From a virus, in IMG/VR virus record IMGVR_UViG_3300042446_000499, positions 1 to 64,000 of that record: a stretch of DNA of 64,000 nucleotides. The stretch is one strand, 5' to 3'. Below the pieces are notes generated by a model. It was not told the DNA's origin, searched no databases, and saw nothing but the letters and a program-made list of their open reading frames with translations. Position numbers and translations under genes: made by a program. Shown here piece by piece: positions 18,146-28,571 of this stretch (position 1 is the stretch's first letter; every line of letters starts with the position of its first letter).

Positions 18146-18571
18146 ATGACTGGCTCTTCTTTAACTCATTCTCCCAACAGTTCTAGTGGCATTATTACGG
18201 GCACATTTGGAGCCATTGAGTATGTGGATAACATGCTTCGTGAGTACGACAAAGTTCTAATGCAAATCTTGCATGGCAGTGCCGCTAAAGCGCAAACTGA
18301 CTTACGCAAGCAGGCAAGCCAATCAGATACAGGCTGGGCAGAAATTGCTGACTCCATCTCGGTTGAATACGTCCATGACAACCGTCAGTTTTCTTACACA
18401 ATTACTGGTGATGAGGCTACCCAAGAGCAGGCAATGAACTTGGAGTATGGCAACGGTCACCTTGCTCCTACTCCCTTACTTCGTGGAAGCATCTTGCAAC
18501 AACAAGATAAGCAGACAGAAGAAATTAATTCAAGCCTACGTAAAACTCTTTTGGAGCACCGTAATGTCTAG
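18146..18571 (+). CDS. Putative tail completion/neck protein
   Basis: LEYG..PTPLLR motif resembling HK97 gp10-like proteins. Confidence 0.5.
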   Translation: MTGSSLTHSPNSSSGIITGTFGAIEYVDNMLREYDKVLMQILHGSAAKAQTDLRKQASQSDTGWAEIADSISVEYVHDNRQFSYTITGDEATQEQAMNLEYGNGHLAPTPLLRGSILQQQDKQTEEINSSLRKTLLEHRNV

Positions 18572-19235
18572 AACTGGGTTTCTACTTGCCGAAGACCAAG
18601 CCCTTAAACAGGCTTTGTCTAATATTACTGTTTATGATGACCGTGACCAATCCCGTGATGTACAAGTGTTCTTCCGTTACCCAGAAGTGGAAACAGAACG
18701 TACGTACCCATTCATTACTATTGAAATGATTGACCTTGTACATGCCCGTAACCGTCAGCATTCAGAAACAGAGTTGGTTTACTTTAATACTGCTGGAGGG
18801 GCTAGTGCTCCTACAAACTGGCAAAAGCGTCCAGATGCTTTAACGTACTGGCCCAGTGAATCTCCAGACTTTTCTAACTTGGCAAATAAAAACCAATTTC
18901 AAGTTCTACATACTAATGAGTTCATACCCGTTGACCTTATTTACCAGATTTCTACGTTTACTCGTACGGCGCTACATGACCGTCAGTTAACGGCAACCCT
19001 TTTGCGGAAGGTATTTCCATTCCGTAAATCATCCATCAACATAGAGGCTGACGGCACTAACCGCCGTTTGGAGTTGTTGGACTGGACTACGGCTGACCTC
19101 CTTGACCCCGAGGCTGGTTATCGTAAGCGTATTTTTCGCAAAATATACACGTTGCAGATGGGTGCTGAATTGACCTCATCTGATATATATGGCTCCAAGC
19201 AAGTTCAATCAGTTACCGCTAATATTGATTATTGA
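18564..19235 (+). CDS. Tail terminator-like protein
   Basis: YPFITI..D, PVDLIYQI motifs; directly before sheath; GGAG RBS. Confidence 0.6.
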   Translation: MSRTGFLLAEDQALKQALSNITVYDDRDQSRDVQVFFRYPEVETERTYPFITIEMIDLVHARNRQHSETELVYFNTAGGASAPTNWQKRPDALTYWPSESPDFSNLANKNQFQVLHTNEFIPVDLIYQISTFTRTALHDRQLTATLLRKVFPFRKSSINIEADGTNRRLELLDWTTADLLDPEAGYRKRIFRKIYTLQMGAELTSSDIYGSKQVQSVTANIDY

Positions 19236-19280
19236 CTTCCAAATGTTTTCCCCGTCTATTTCCACTTATAGGAGTTTATA

Positions 19281-20792
19281 ATGGCCCAATACACAAATCC
19301 TGGTATCTACGTAACAGAAAGTCCTTTTGCGACTTCTGTTGTTACTGGACCAACTACTACTGCCGCCGCTTTTCTTGGTACGGCACTTCGTGGACCAAGT
19401 GTTCCAGTAAGTGTTGATTCATGGAACTCATTCAAAGCCCAATTTGGTGATGTTTCAAGTTCGTACGAACTAGGCTATGCGGTCTACCATTTCTTTGCAA
19501 ATGGTGGGCGTACCGCTTATGTTTCACGTGTTGTAGGCGCTAGTGCTGTTCCCGCCACGGTAAACGTTACAGGAACCTTTAATGGCACTGCTGGTACAAC
19601 CTTGTTTAAACTTAACGCTAAAAACGTTGGTGTGTGGGGAAATGGTCTTTCCGTAACAATTACTGCTGGCTTACTTGCTAATACCACTCCAACTTTTAAT
19701 GCTGTTGTTATTTATAACGGTGCAGAAGTTGAGCGTTGGTCAGAATTGAGTTTATCCCCTGATGATTCTCGTTATGTTCCAAACGTAATAAACAATTACT
19801 CATCGTACCTTTCAGTATCTAACTTCCAAAACTTTGTTGGCGCAACGTACTCTGTAACTAATGCCACGTTAACCCCTTCAACGGGTGACGATGGTGTAAG
19901 TCTTGTAGACAATACTGCTGGTGCAACACAAACTGCTTGGTCTGTATCTCTTAATAACTTTAACCAAATCAATGGGCAATTGTTGTTTAACCTTGTAGGT
20001 ATCTCAAACTCAACAATTATTAATAATGCGATTAACTACGTTGAAAACCGTGGTAACTCATTTTTGATTATTGACCCACTTATTACTGCTACAAGTACTA
20101 ACGTTATTTCAAGCACTGTTGCGGCGTACACCAAGTCTTCATATGCTGCTGTGTACTACCCAATGCTGCAAATGTCAAACCCTGCCGCTTCTGGAACTGC
20201 CGCACTTCGTAATACATACCCTGGTGGTGCAATTGCTGGTTTGTACACACGTGTTGATACTGAGCGTGGAGTTGCTAAGGCTCCTGCTGGCTACGCCTAT
20301 GAAGTCCGTAATGTGTTTGGTTTAACTACACCTTTTACTGAATCTGAAGTTGGAACACTGTACACAGAAAACATCAACACCTTGAAAGCCATTCCAGGCG
20401 CTGGAGTTGTTGTTAATGGTGCTCGTACCCTTAAACAAACAGACATTACAAAGTACATTCCTGTACGCCGTAGCCTTAACTTCATTAAAGCAAACATTGA
20501 TGGCATCTCACAGTTTGCTGTGTTTGAGCCAAACGGTGAGCGTTTGTGGGCAGAACTTACAGCAAAGATTTCAAACTTCTTGTCCAGTTTCTGGGCAAGT
20601 GGAGGTCTCAAGGGACGTAGTGCGGCAGAAGCGTATTTCATTACTTGTGACGCTACTAACAACACAAACACCTCAATTGAACAAGGTCAAGTAAATATTG
20701 AAATTGGTGTATCACTTCAATCACCAGCAGAATTCATTGTCATTAACATCAGCCAATTTATTGGCGGTAACAACGTAAGAGAAACCCTCTAA
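19281..20792 (+). CDS. Tail sheath protein
   Basis: PGIYVTE, FFANGG, KAPAG, GARTL, YIPVRR, VFEPN, PAEFIVI motifs. Confidence 0.95.
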   Translation: MAQYTNPGIYVTESPFATSVVTGPTTTAAAFLGTALRGPSVPVSVDSWNSFKAQFGDVSSSYELGYAVYHFFANGGRTAYVSRVVGASAVPATVNVTGTFNGTAGTTLFKLNAKNVGVWGNGLSVTITAGLLANTTPTFNAVVIYNGAEVERWSELSLSPDDSRYVPNVINNYSSYLSVSNFQNFVGATYSVTNATLTPSTGDDGVSLVDNTAGATQTAWSVSLNNFNQINGQLLFNLVGISNSTIINNAINYVENRGNSFLIIDPLITATSTNVISSTVAAYTKSSYAAVYYPMLQMSNPAASGTAALRNTYPGGAIAGLYTRVDTERGVAKAPAGYAYEVRNVFGLTTPFTESEVGTLYTENINTLKAIPGAGVVVNGARTLKQTDITKYIPVRRSLNFIKANIDGISQFAVFEPNGERLWAELTAKISNFLSSFWASGGLKGRSAAEAYFITCDATNNTNTSIEQGQVNIEIGVSLQSPAEFIVINISQFIGGNNVRETL

Positions 20793-20802
20793 GGAGTAAC
20801 TA

Positions 20803-21423
20803 ATGCCTATCGTTAGAACAGACCCAATTCGTAACTTTAAATTTGAAGTTCAGTTTTACCCACTGGACCAAAATAACCCTGGTTCACCGAATACCATCAA
20901 CTTGTCGCAGTATGCACCAGGAATCGGAAATATCGGCTTTGCCGCTATGTCAGGTCTTTCGGTTCGTAATGAGATGATTCCATATCGTGAGGGTGGTATG
21001 AACACACACCCACACAAGATGGTAGGTCAATCTGACTTTGACCCCGTGACATTCTCACGTGGAATCATTGAAGGTCAGGACCAACTGTGGAAGTGGCAAC
21101 GCTTTATCCACAACTGGCAGTCAGGTGTTCCAGGCTCAACTGGTGGTTCTGACTACCGTTGCGACATTATTGTTAAGGTCTATGACCACCCACACTCCAA
21201 TGCTTCATACAATGACAGCGTTGCAATTGGTTCAAAAACCACTTTCATTGGTACTCCAAAGTTGGGCATTAAGTTGTTTAACTGCTGGCCTGGTGCTTAC
21301 GCAATGGGCGGTTTGAACGCTGGTGACAACAACATTATGATTCAAGAAATGGTTCTTCATAACGAAGGTTGGATTTTGGCATGGACTCCAGAGGACATCG
21401 CCGCTCTCCCTAGCGCTCACTAA
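20803..21423 (+). CDS. Tail tube protein (T4 gp19-like)
   Basis: DPIRNFKF, YREGG, TFSRG, NCWP, LNA motifs; follows sheath. Confidence 0.9.
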   Translation: MPIVRTDPIRNFKFEVQFYPLDQNNPGSPNTINLSQYAPGIGNIGFAAMSGLSVRNEMIPYREGGMNTHPHKMVGQSDFDPVTFSRGIIEGQDQLWKWQRFIHNWQSGVPGSTGGSDYRCDIIVKVYDHPHSNASYNDSVAIGSKTTFIGTPKLGIKLFNCWPGAYAMGGLNAGDNNIMIQEMVLHNEGWILAWTPEDIAALPSAH

Positions 21424-21447
21424 AACTTAAATAAAAAGGAATAATAA

Positions 21448-22236
21448 ATGTCAAGTACAAATGTTGCTAACTCAGTAATATCTGACCCCGCTCCAGAAGT
21501 TAATGATGCCCCAATTACATCAGTTGATTTACTAAAAGGTCTGTTTAACTATGAAACAGAAGCATGGCAAACAACAGCAGTTGTCCGTGAATTAACAGGT
21601 GAAGATGAAGAGGCTTTGGCTTCCGCATCTGCTAAAAAGGAATTGTCCTACGCCGAATACATGTCAGCCTTGTTATCACGTGCTGTTGTGTCTATTGGTG
21701 ATATTAACATTCAGGACAATACATCTTTGGTAGACCAGTTGATGATTGGTGACCGTGACCTTCTATTCTTGGGTGCTATTAAAGCAACCTATGGACGGAT
21801 ACGTGAACTAGAAGTTACTTGTGGTAGTTGTGGAGGTACAAACTTTGTTACTTTGCAACTTGATGAAGACTTCAAAATCAACAACCCTTCTAAGGATTTA
21901 CACAAGCCAATGGAAGTCACCCTCAAGAATGGTTCAGTTATAAAACTGAATTATCCAACAGGTTCTGACAGCCTTTACGTTGCTAAAAAAGGTAAAACAA
22001 CCGCAGAGCAAAACACGATTATGTTGGCCCGTTGTACCGTCTGGGACGGTGCAGATAGGCCACAAGACCTTGAGGTTTGGGCTAAAGCCCTCAACCTTGG
22101 TGATAGAAGCAAGTTGGTAAAGTCGCTAACCACTGACCCTCCAGGTCCAAAGATGGAAGAGGTGAAAACTCAGTGCGGCGTTTGCAATGAAGAACTAACT
22201 CTTCTAATGGACTGGGTCTCACTTTTATTCGGTTAA
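21448..22236 (+). CDS. Tail assembly chaperone / T4 gp26-like Zn protein
   Basis: RELTGEDEE, IGDRDLL..ATYG, two CxxC pairs; between tube and tape measure. Confidence 0.7.
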   Translation: MSSTNVANSVISDPAPEVNDAPITSVDLLKGLFNYETEAWQTTAVVRELTGEDEEALASASAKKELSYAEYMSALLSRAVVSIGDINIQDNTSLVDQLMIGDRDLLFLGAIKATYGRIRELEVTCGSCGGTNFVTLQLDEDFKINNPSKDLHKPMEVTLKNGSVIKLNYPTGSDSLYVAKKGKTTAEQNTIMLARCTVWDGADRPQDLEVWAKALNLGDRSKLVKSLTTDPPGPKMEEVKTQCGVCNEELTLLMDWVSLLFG

Positions 22237-22378
22237 CCTTCAGTTTACTTATCTGGAATACGAGTCAATAGCCACTGTCTATCAGGGGTTTGGTCTAAAT
22301 GACCTAAAATATATGACAGTACGTCAACGTGCCTTTTGGTATTCAATGGCTCGCTGGCGTAGTTCAAGTAGAGGATAG
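22208..22378 (+). CDS. Start-less 56-codon frame, probable recoded chaperone extension (LEYESIATVYQGFGLNDLKYMTVRQRAFW)
   Basis: Open +1 frame overlapping chaperone 3' end and filling the gap to the tape measure gene. Confidence 0.55.
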   Translation, partial: WTGSHFYSVNLQFTYLEYESIATVYQGFGLNDLKYMTVRQRAFWYSMARWRSSSRG

Positions 22379-22380
22379 TA

Positions 22381-24849
22381 ATGGAAGACGCCATTGGGCA
22401 GAGCGAACTTAATAATGGGAACCAAGCAGAGGCTGGTAAAAACCTCGGCAAAGTCAGTGTCAACTCCCAAGCCGCAATTGATAAGTCTGCATTTACTGAA
22501 TTAAACAAAGAGTTTAAAGAACTTAGTAAGCACATTACTAAATTCAAGGCAGACCTCCCTACCCTTATTACTGACACTAAAAAGTGGGCAACTGAACTTG
22601 GCAAAGTAGCCAAGAGCATGAAATCTATTGGGGACGCTAAGGGTGGCGGTGGCGGTAGCAGTTACATGCCTGGTGCTGGAGAAGGCGCTACTAGCGTTAA
22701 CTCTGGCAATACTTATAACGTCCAGAAGACAATGATTATCAATGAGGCTGGTGGCGGAGGTGGCGCTCCTCCTCAATCACCAAAAGCGGCTGCTTGGGAG
22801 GGTATTAAAAACCTTGCTGGTTCTGCTATCAATGCAATGGATGCTCGTGCGGCTCGTGGTGCTCAGTACAGCCTAGGCGCTGACAAGATGAACATGCTGT
22901 ACCAGCAGACCACTGGACTCAGCCAAAACCAAACTTATCACCAATACCGTGAACCCCTCCAGAAATACAAACTGGGGATGGGTGGTATTAACACTTTGCT
23001 TGGGCTACAAGCAACCACAGGTTTAAATGCTCAAAAGCAAGCAGGTTCTGTTGAAGCCTTGAGAGCCGCTTCTGGATATGCATACAGCACAGAAGACGTT
23101 GCAGGTATGACTAAGTCACTTGCAAGCGCACCTACAACAAACCAAATGTTTATGACTCTTGGTACAGGTATGTATGGCATTGGTGGAAAGCAACGAACCG
23201 CCCAGCAGGTTTATCAAGACGTAATTAAACGCACAGGTCTTGGTGATGAAAAGATGCTTAAAGGTGCTTTTCAACAAGGTTCTATGACCCGTGCTCGCTT
23301 GAGTATGGCAGGAATTGCAGATGACCAGCAAGACCTCGTTCTCCAAATGGCGCAACAAAACGTAGCCTTTAAGAAAAAGGGTGGTAAGGGCGACTACGAC
23401 CAATCTAATAAAGAGCACCGTAAGTTAATGGGTGTTGAAGGTAACTACGCTAACCAAGCAGAAGAAACTACACGAGTTCAAGCCAACCGTGAGGAGAACT
23501 TCTACAAACGTCAAAACGATAACTTTGCCACATTTGAAAAGATGACCCAGGCAGCAACAAAAGCACTTCAAGCCTTTGAAGAAAAATTGTCTGGTATTGC
23601 AGGAGCAGGTATTTCAAGCAAAAAGCATCGTGATATTTTTGGTTCTGCTTTTAATATAGGTAAAAAAGTTGCTGGTGTAGGCATGATGGTTGCTGGTGCT
23701 ATGGGTGCTGTGCCTACTGGTGGCGCTACTTTAGCCTTAACCGCTGGTGGTGCTGCACTTGCAGGCTCAGGTGGTGACCCTGTAGACAGTGTTGTGCGTC
23801 GCCGTGGTCGTGGTCGTGGTGTTTGGGGCGCACGTACTAATACAGAGTTAGGTGGAGACGCTACAACCGATGGTCAAGCACCTGTGTCAACTCCTGCTGC
23901 TCCAGCGGCACCGTCTCCTCCCGAGGCTAAATTAAGCGCTAACAACAAATCTAAACTTGCCCAGTTAGACCCTAAACTTCGTGAACCGCTTAAACAGATG
24001 CTTCTTGCTAATCCTAAATTAGAAATTGGAGATGCACGTCGTAGTGCGGCTCGTCAAGATGCTTCTTTCCGTCGCCGTTATTCTAAAGCGCCTGAAGGTA
24101 CTACAAAGAAGACAAAAGACGCTGACCGCATCTGGAACGGTGAAGTCTGGATTTATGACAAGCATGCTGAGAGTGGTCCTCCAATGGCTCCTCCTGGATT
24201 GTCTATGCATGAACTTGGACTTGCGGCTGACCTAAGCCAGTCTGAAAACGAATGGATTCGTGCCAATGCATCTAACTTTGGTTTAGTTACTGGTGCTACT
24301 CAAAAAGGTATGCAGACTGACGAACCTTTCCACGTCCAGCCATCCAGTGTTCCCTTTGGTAGGTCTGAATATGAAAGTGGTCAAGGGGTACCAGCATCCT
24401 CGGCATCTGGGACTGCTACAGCACCTAATTCAACTGTGGCTTCAGGTTCTAGTTCTACAGAAGTATCACGTGACTCAATTGGTGGCAGTGGGAAAGTTTC
24501 CGCAACCTCAATAAGTTCATCCCTTTCTGGTCCTTCTACCTTTAAGTACTCTGGAATGAGCATTGGTGAAGTAATTGGTTCTGGAAGTGTTTACGCTACA
24601 TCTAACTTGAAACCTGCTGAACGACCATCCAGTGCATACCCATCAGCCTCTGCTGGTGGAGACCCTACTATCTTAGGTCCTTCATCTGTGTCAACAGCAC
24701 AATCGTCTAGCAACTCCTACACTATTACTGTTGCACCTAGTTTTAATATCCAAACATCAGGCTCTACCCCTGATTTACGCAAAATGGCTAAAGAAATTGC
24801 AAGTATGCTTGAACAGGAAGTACGAATGACAATGTTGAGGTCCTCATAA
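22381..24849 (+). CDS. Tape measure protein with M15-like peptidase domain
   Basis: Helical Ala/Gly-rich N-part, hydrophobic segment, then RS..RQ, PPGLSMHELGLAAD, EPFHVQ. Confidence 0.8.
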   Translation: MEDAIGQSELNNGNQAEAGKNLGKVSVNSQAAIDKSAFTELNKEFKELSKHITKFKADLPTLITDTKKWATELGKVAKSMKSIGDAKGGGGGSSYMPGAGEGATSVNSGNTYNVQKTMIINEAGGGGGAPPQSPKAAAWEGIKNLAGSAINAMDARAARGAQYSLGADKMNMLYQQTTGLSQNQTYHQYREPLQKYKLGMGGINTLLGLQATTGLNAQKQAGSVEALRAASGYAYSTEDVAGMTKSLASAPTTNQMFMTLGTGMYGIGGKQRTAQQVYQDVIKRTGLGDEKMLKGAFQQGSMTRARLSMAGIADDQQDLVLQMAQQNVAFKKKGGKGDYDQSNKEHRKLMGVEGNYANQAEETTRVQANREENFYKRQNDNFATFEKMTQAATKALQAFEEKLSGIAGAGISSKKHRDIFGSAFNIGKKVAGVGMMVAGAMGAVPTGGATLALTAGGAALAGSGGDPVDSVVRRRGRGRGVWGARTNTELGGDATTDGQAPVSTPAAPAAPSPPEAKLSANNKSKLAQLDPKLREPLKQMLLANPKLEIGDARRSAARQDASFRRRYSKAPEGTTKKTKDADRIWNGEVWIYDKHAESGPPMAPPGLSMHELGLAADLSQSENEWIRANASNFGLVTGATQKGMQTDEPFHVQPSSVPFGRSEYESGQGVPASSASGTATAPNSTVASGSSSTEVSRDSIGGSGKVSATSISSSLSGPSTFKYSGMSIGEVIGSGSVYATSNLKPAERPSSAYPSASAGGDPTILGPSSVSTAQSSSNSYTITVAPSFNIQTSGSTPDLRKMAKEIASMLEQEVRMTMLRSS

Positions 24850-26720
24850 TGCCATCAGGATATGCATCAAATCAATTTTGGAATTTTGGGTCTACGTATG
24901 AAAAGGGTAAAACTCTAGCCCGTCAAAAAGATGACAACGCTAACTTTATCTTTCCTCGTCCTTTTCAACCAGACGTCTATAACCCTATTAGGGGAAGACA
25001 ACTTGTAGACACTCGTTTACAGCGTGGTTTTATTAGAGGTATTTACCCTTCTGTGCTTGGTGGTGTTGACAACCCATCAGCAGCAACAGTAAAACAAAGA
25101 CGGTTGTTTTTCCAATTTAACCCAGCAACCATTGACCGCAGTGTTGAAATGAACGCAATGGTGGCTAACCCCTTGCTTCAAGACCCTTCTCAAATCTTTC
25201 AGCCAGTTGCTGGTACAGCGGCTTTTTCATTTGAATTAACATTCAACCGAGAGGCTGAAGTTGTTTCCGCACGTAACGCTACAACAAACCTAAAGAATGG
25301 TGGGTGGGCAACAGATACTGCTACACCTTTAACAAGTTCTTTAGACAACTATGGTGATACCACCAATCATGGGGATGTTGCAAGCCTTGGTGTTCTTGCT
25401 GACCTTTACGTTTTAGATTCTATTATTGGTCAGTCAATTACTCCAGATACAGCAAAATTTATTAAAGCATATTTTAGTACAGCAGATAAAGCAAATCAAG
25501 CAAATGCTAACACTACAGGCACTACTACAGTAACTAACTCAGATGGTAGTACAACCAGTACAGAAATAAAATCTGATGGCACAACTGTTACCACAGTCAC
25601 AGGTACCGACGGTAAGAAAACAATAACAACTGGTACAACTGGTGAAAGTGCTTCTAATTTTGATTCCACTGGCTTTGAGACAAACATTACAAAGAACTTT
25701 GGAAACGGCGCTTTTCTTAGTCCTCTTCCTATTCGTATTGTGTTTTCTTCTTTGTTTATGGTTGAAGGTTTTGTTGAATCAACTAGTGTACGTTTTGCTA
25801 AATTTAGCAAAAACTATGTACCAACTGTTTGTGCTGTTAACTTAACTATTCGTGCTTTGTATATTGGCTTTGCAAAAGAAGAAGCATATTTGACAACAGC
25901 ATTAAAAGCGGCTGTAAAAGACATAGAAGCAGAAAGAAAAGCAAACGAATCATCGCAAGCGGCTGGAAAAAACATTGCAAATACTGGAACAAACTTTGTT
26001 TATGAAACTACAAGTATCTTTAAACAACGAGCACTAGCAGCAGGAGCACTAAGAAACACTGCTGTAGGGTACCCCCATAACTTTGATTCTTTTCACGAAT
26101 TTTGGAATAATTACCGTAGTTCTAATGATTTTGGAACAGATATAGAATTTAAAGGCTCCAGTGGTTTTGGTATTCCAGAAGTTACTTCTCGTGTTGCTGA
26201 AACGCTTAGTCAAAAGGTAACAAAAGGTGAATTTACATGGGCACTTGATTCATCTGTTTCTTTAGATGAATATCTTCCAGATAAAGTAACTCTTGTTCAA
26301 AGGTTAGTACAAGGCCCTATTGCATATAAAACTTTTAGTACTAGTGGTGGTGCTATGGGTGACGAAGTTACAAACGCTAAAATTGTAGAAAATGCAAATA
26401 AAACAAAAAATAATGAACCACCACGATTTAACAGGTGGGGTGTTAGTTTGTCTGATAATGGAAACCAAAGCGGTATGCCATTATTTAAAGATGTTAAAAA
26501 CATTGTAAAAATGTCTATTCAACATAATATTAGTTATACCATTACACAGGCAGATGGTACTCCGTACACGGGCACTACTACTCTTTCTGCCAGTATTTTT
26601 ATTACTAAAACCAAAGCATCAAGTCCAGGCACTGGAATTTCTTGGGAAGAAGTTGATAATGGTGGTTTAAAATTTACTATTTTAAGCAATACCACTACAA
26701 CTGGTTGGAAAGACAGATAA
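24849..26720 (+). CDS. Baseplate/tail-tube initiator-like protein with extended C-terminus
   Basis: FQFNP, FELTFNRE, VEGFV..VRFAKF..VP motifs; position after tape measure. Confidence 0.6.
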   Translation: MPSGYASNQFWNFGSTYEKGKTLARQKDDNANFIFPRPFQPDVYNPIRGRQLVDTRLQRGFIRGIYPSVLGGVDNPSAATVKQRRLFFQFNPATIDRSVEMNAMVANPLLQDPSQIFQPVAGTAAFSFELTFNREAEVVSARNATTNLKNGGWATDTATPLTSSLDNYGDTTNHGDVASLGVLADLYVLDSIIGQSITPDTAKFIKAYFSTADKANQANANTTGTTTVTNSDGSTTSTEIKSDGTTVTTVTGTDGKKTITTGTTGESASNFDSTGFETNITKNFGNGAFLSPLPIRIVFSSLFMVEGFVESTSVRFAKFSKNYVPTVCAVNLTIRALYIGFAKEEAYLTTALKAAVKDIEAERKANESSQAAGKNIANTGTNFVYETTSIFKQRALAAGALRNTAVGYPHNFDSFHEFWNNYRSSNDFGTDIEFKGSSGFGIPEVTSRVAETLSQKVTKGEFTWALDSSVSLDEYLPDKVTLVQRLVQGPIAYKTFSTSGGAMGDEVTNAKIVENANKTKNNEPPRFNRWGVSLSDNGNQSGMPLFKDVKNIVKMSIQHNISYTITQADGTPYTGTTTLSASIFITKTKASSPGTGISWEEVDNGGLKFTILSNTTTTGWKDR

Positions 26721-26977
26721 TGATTATCAAAGGTTCTCGTTATTCAGAAACTACTGAAACACGAAATGAAGATACTAAAGTAATTGCAACGGGTAAATCA
26801 TATACAATTGATTCTTACTTTTCTATTGTTACAAAACAATATGAAACATTTTCATCAATTGCGGCAGACCATTTAAAAGACCCAACTTTGTATTGGAAAA
26901 TTGCAGACCTTAATAAGTCTTTGGGTTTCCCTGACTTTATAACACAAGGGACAGTCATTAAGGTTCCATTTAAATGA
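26720..26977 (+). CDS. LysM-like baseplate protein (gpX-like)
   Basis: ETFSSIAADHLKDPTLYWKIADLN..GTVIKVP. Confidence 0.8.
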   Translation: MIIKGSRYSETTETRNEDTKVIATGKSYTIDSYFSIVTKQYETFSSIAADHLKDPTLYWKIADLNKSLGFPDFITQGTVIKVPFK

Positions 26978-28146
26978 TTTTTAAAAGTGCATCTCAATTA
27001 TCTCCAAACGTAGAAGTATTTATTGACAACGTTCCTGTTAATTACATGACCTTGCAACAAATTACCGTTGAAGAAAAAGAAAATATGCACAACCTTGCTA
27101 TTCTTGATTTTGCTGGTATGAACACGGAGTTGATACACGAGTACCTTGATGTTCCAATTAAATTTAGTATTGAATTAACTGGTAAAGATATATTCAATTT
27201 CTATGGGTATATAACATTTGTGGAACCGATTGCTAATACACATGATGGAATTGTAAACAAAAGTCCATTTCAAACTACACGTGTTTATTGTTTTGGTTCT
27301 AGTTATACCATGAAATCAACTTATTCTCGTATTTGGGAAAACTTAACTATTTCTGACATTGCAAAACAAATTGCTAATAAATACAAGTTTTCTGTGTCTG
27401 TCCCAAATAACTCTTATAAGTTTCCACGACTTGTACAATCTGGTCAATCAGATTGGAAGTTCTTAACTAAGGCATCAGAACTTCTTGGTTACTCTGTACT
27501 TATGGATGGTACACACATTAGAATTTGGGACCCTTATAGCGCTTTGTACCAAAATGTTTCTTACAGCATGCTTTTAACAATGCGTGGAAGTAAGGGAGAT
27601 GCAAGCCCACAGCCAGGTCAAATACTTAAATTTGAAGGACGCATAGGTGCTGTAACTACTGACGGTGCTCGTTCTGCTGACACTATCCATATGTTGGACA
27701 AATCTGGACAGTTGCTGTCTGTTACAAATAGTGACAACTTTGAGTCATCTGGTTTAGCAACAGGATTAAAATCTCAATTTGATAATGTGCTTACTGTAAA
27801 TGCTGATTCTTTTGATACGGCTACACGTTTAGTTACTGGGGCATTAAGGAAGAAATTCCCAATGAGGGCTAGTTTAGAGGTGGTATCTGACCCAAGTATT
27901 AAACCTGGCGGAATTGTAAGTATTAATGAATACAATACTGAATTTGATGGTTTTTGGTATGTCATGTCTGTACGCCACGAAATAACACAATCGTATATGC
28001 GTACCTATTTAGAAGTAGCAAGAGATGGTCTTGGAACCACTGCTTTAGCAAAACAGGTAACAGCCACATATGTAGAACCACCAGAACCTGCCCTTATTGG
28101 AAATGCATGGGTTTCCTCTAAAGACTATACCCATGTCTATAACTAG
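26974..28146 (+). CDS. Baseplate hub (late control D-like)
   Basis: IAKQIA, QSGQSDWKFL, IKPG, DGFWYVMSVRH. Confidence 0.8.
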   Translation: MIFKSASQLSPNVEVFIDNVPVNYMTLQQITVEEKENMHNLAILDFAGMNTELIHEYLDVPIKFSIELTGKDIFNFYGYITFVEPIANTHDGIVNKSPFQTTRVYCFGSSYTMKSTYSRIWENLTISDIAKQIANKYKFSVSVPNNSYKFPRLVQSGQSDWKFLTKASELLGYSVLMDGTHIRIWDPYSALYQNVSYSMLLTMRGSKGDASPQPGQILKFEGRIGAVTTDGARSADTIHMLDKSGQLLSVTNSDNFESSGLATGLKSQFDNVLTVNADSFDTATRLVTGALRKKFPMRASLEVVSDPSIKPGGIVSINEYNTEFDGFWYVMSVRHEITQSYMRTYLEVARDGLGTTALAKQVTATYVEPPEPALIGNAWVSSKDYTHVYN

Positions 28147-28159
28147 TAGGCTTTAAATA

Positions 28160-28570
28160 ATGAAATCTATAGCAATTCCATTTTCTTTTACATCTGACAC
28201 TGGTGGAGTATCAACTGTTTCAGATATTGACTCTGTCATGAAACAAAACATAATGGACATACTTACTACGTCTCCAGGAGAACGTGTAATGGTTCCTAAT
28301 TATGGAGCAAACATAAGAAGTCTTTTATTTGAAGAAGCAGACCAACTAATTTACGATGAATATCGCATGGATATTATAAACGATTTAAACGAAAAGTTAC
28401 CGTTTGGAAAAGTAACTGACGTTCAAATTGGCGTTCCGTCAGATGCTTTATATCTAGAAAACACTGCTACAACTGTTTCAATTGCTATAAAATATGTAAT
28501 ACCGCCATTTGATAGTTCAGTAATGACTTTTAACATAAATAATACAAACATAACGTTCGGAGGGGCGTAA
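28160..28570 (+). CDS. Baseplate wedge, gp25/GpW-like
   Basis: ILTTSPGERVMVPNYG. Confidence 0.9.
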   Translation: MKSIAIPFSFTSDTGGVSTVSDIDSVMKQNIMDILTTSPGERVMVPNYGANIRSLLFEEADQLIYDEYRMDIINDLNEKLPFGKVTDVQIGVPSDALYLENTATTVSIAIKYVIPPFDSSVMTFNINNTNITFGGA

Positions 28571-28571
28571 C

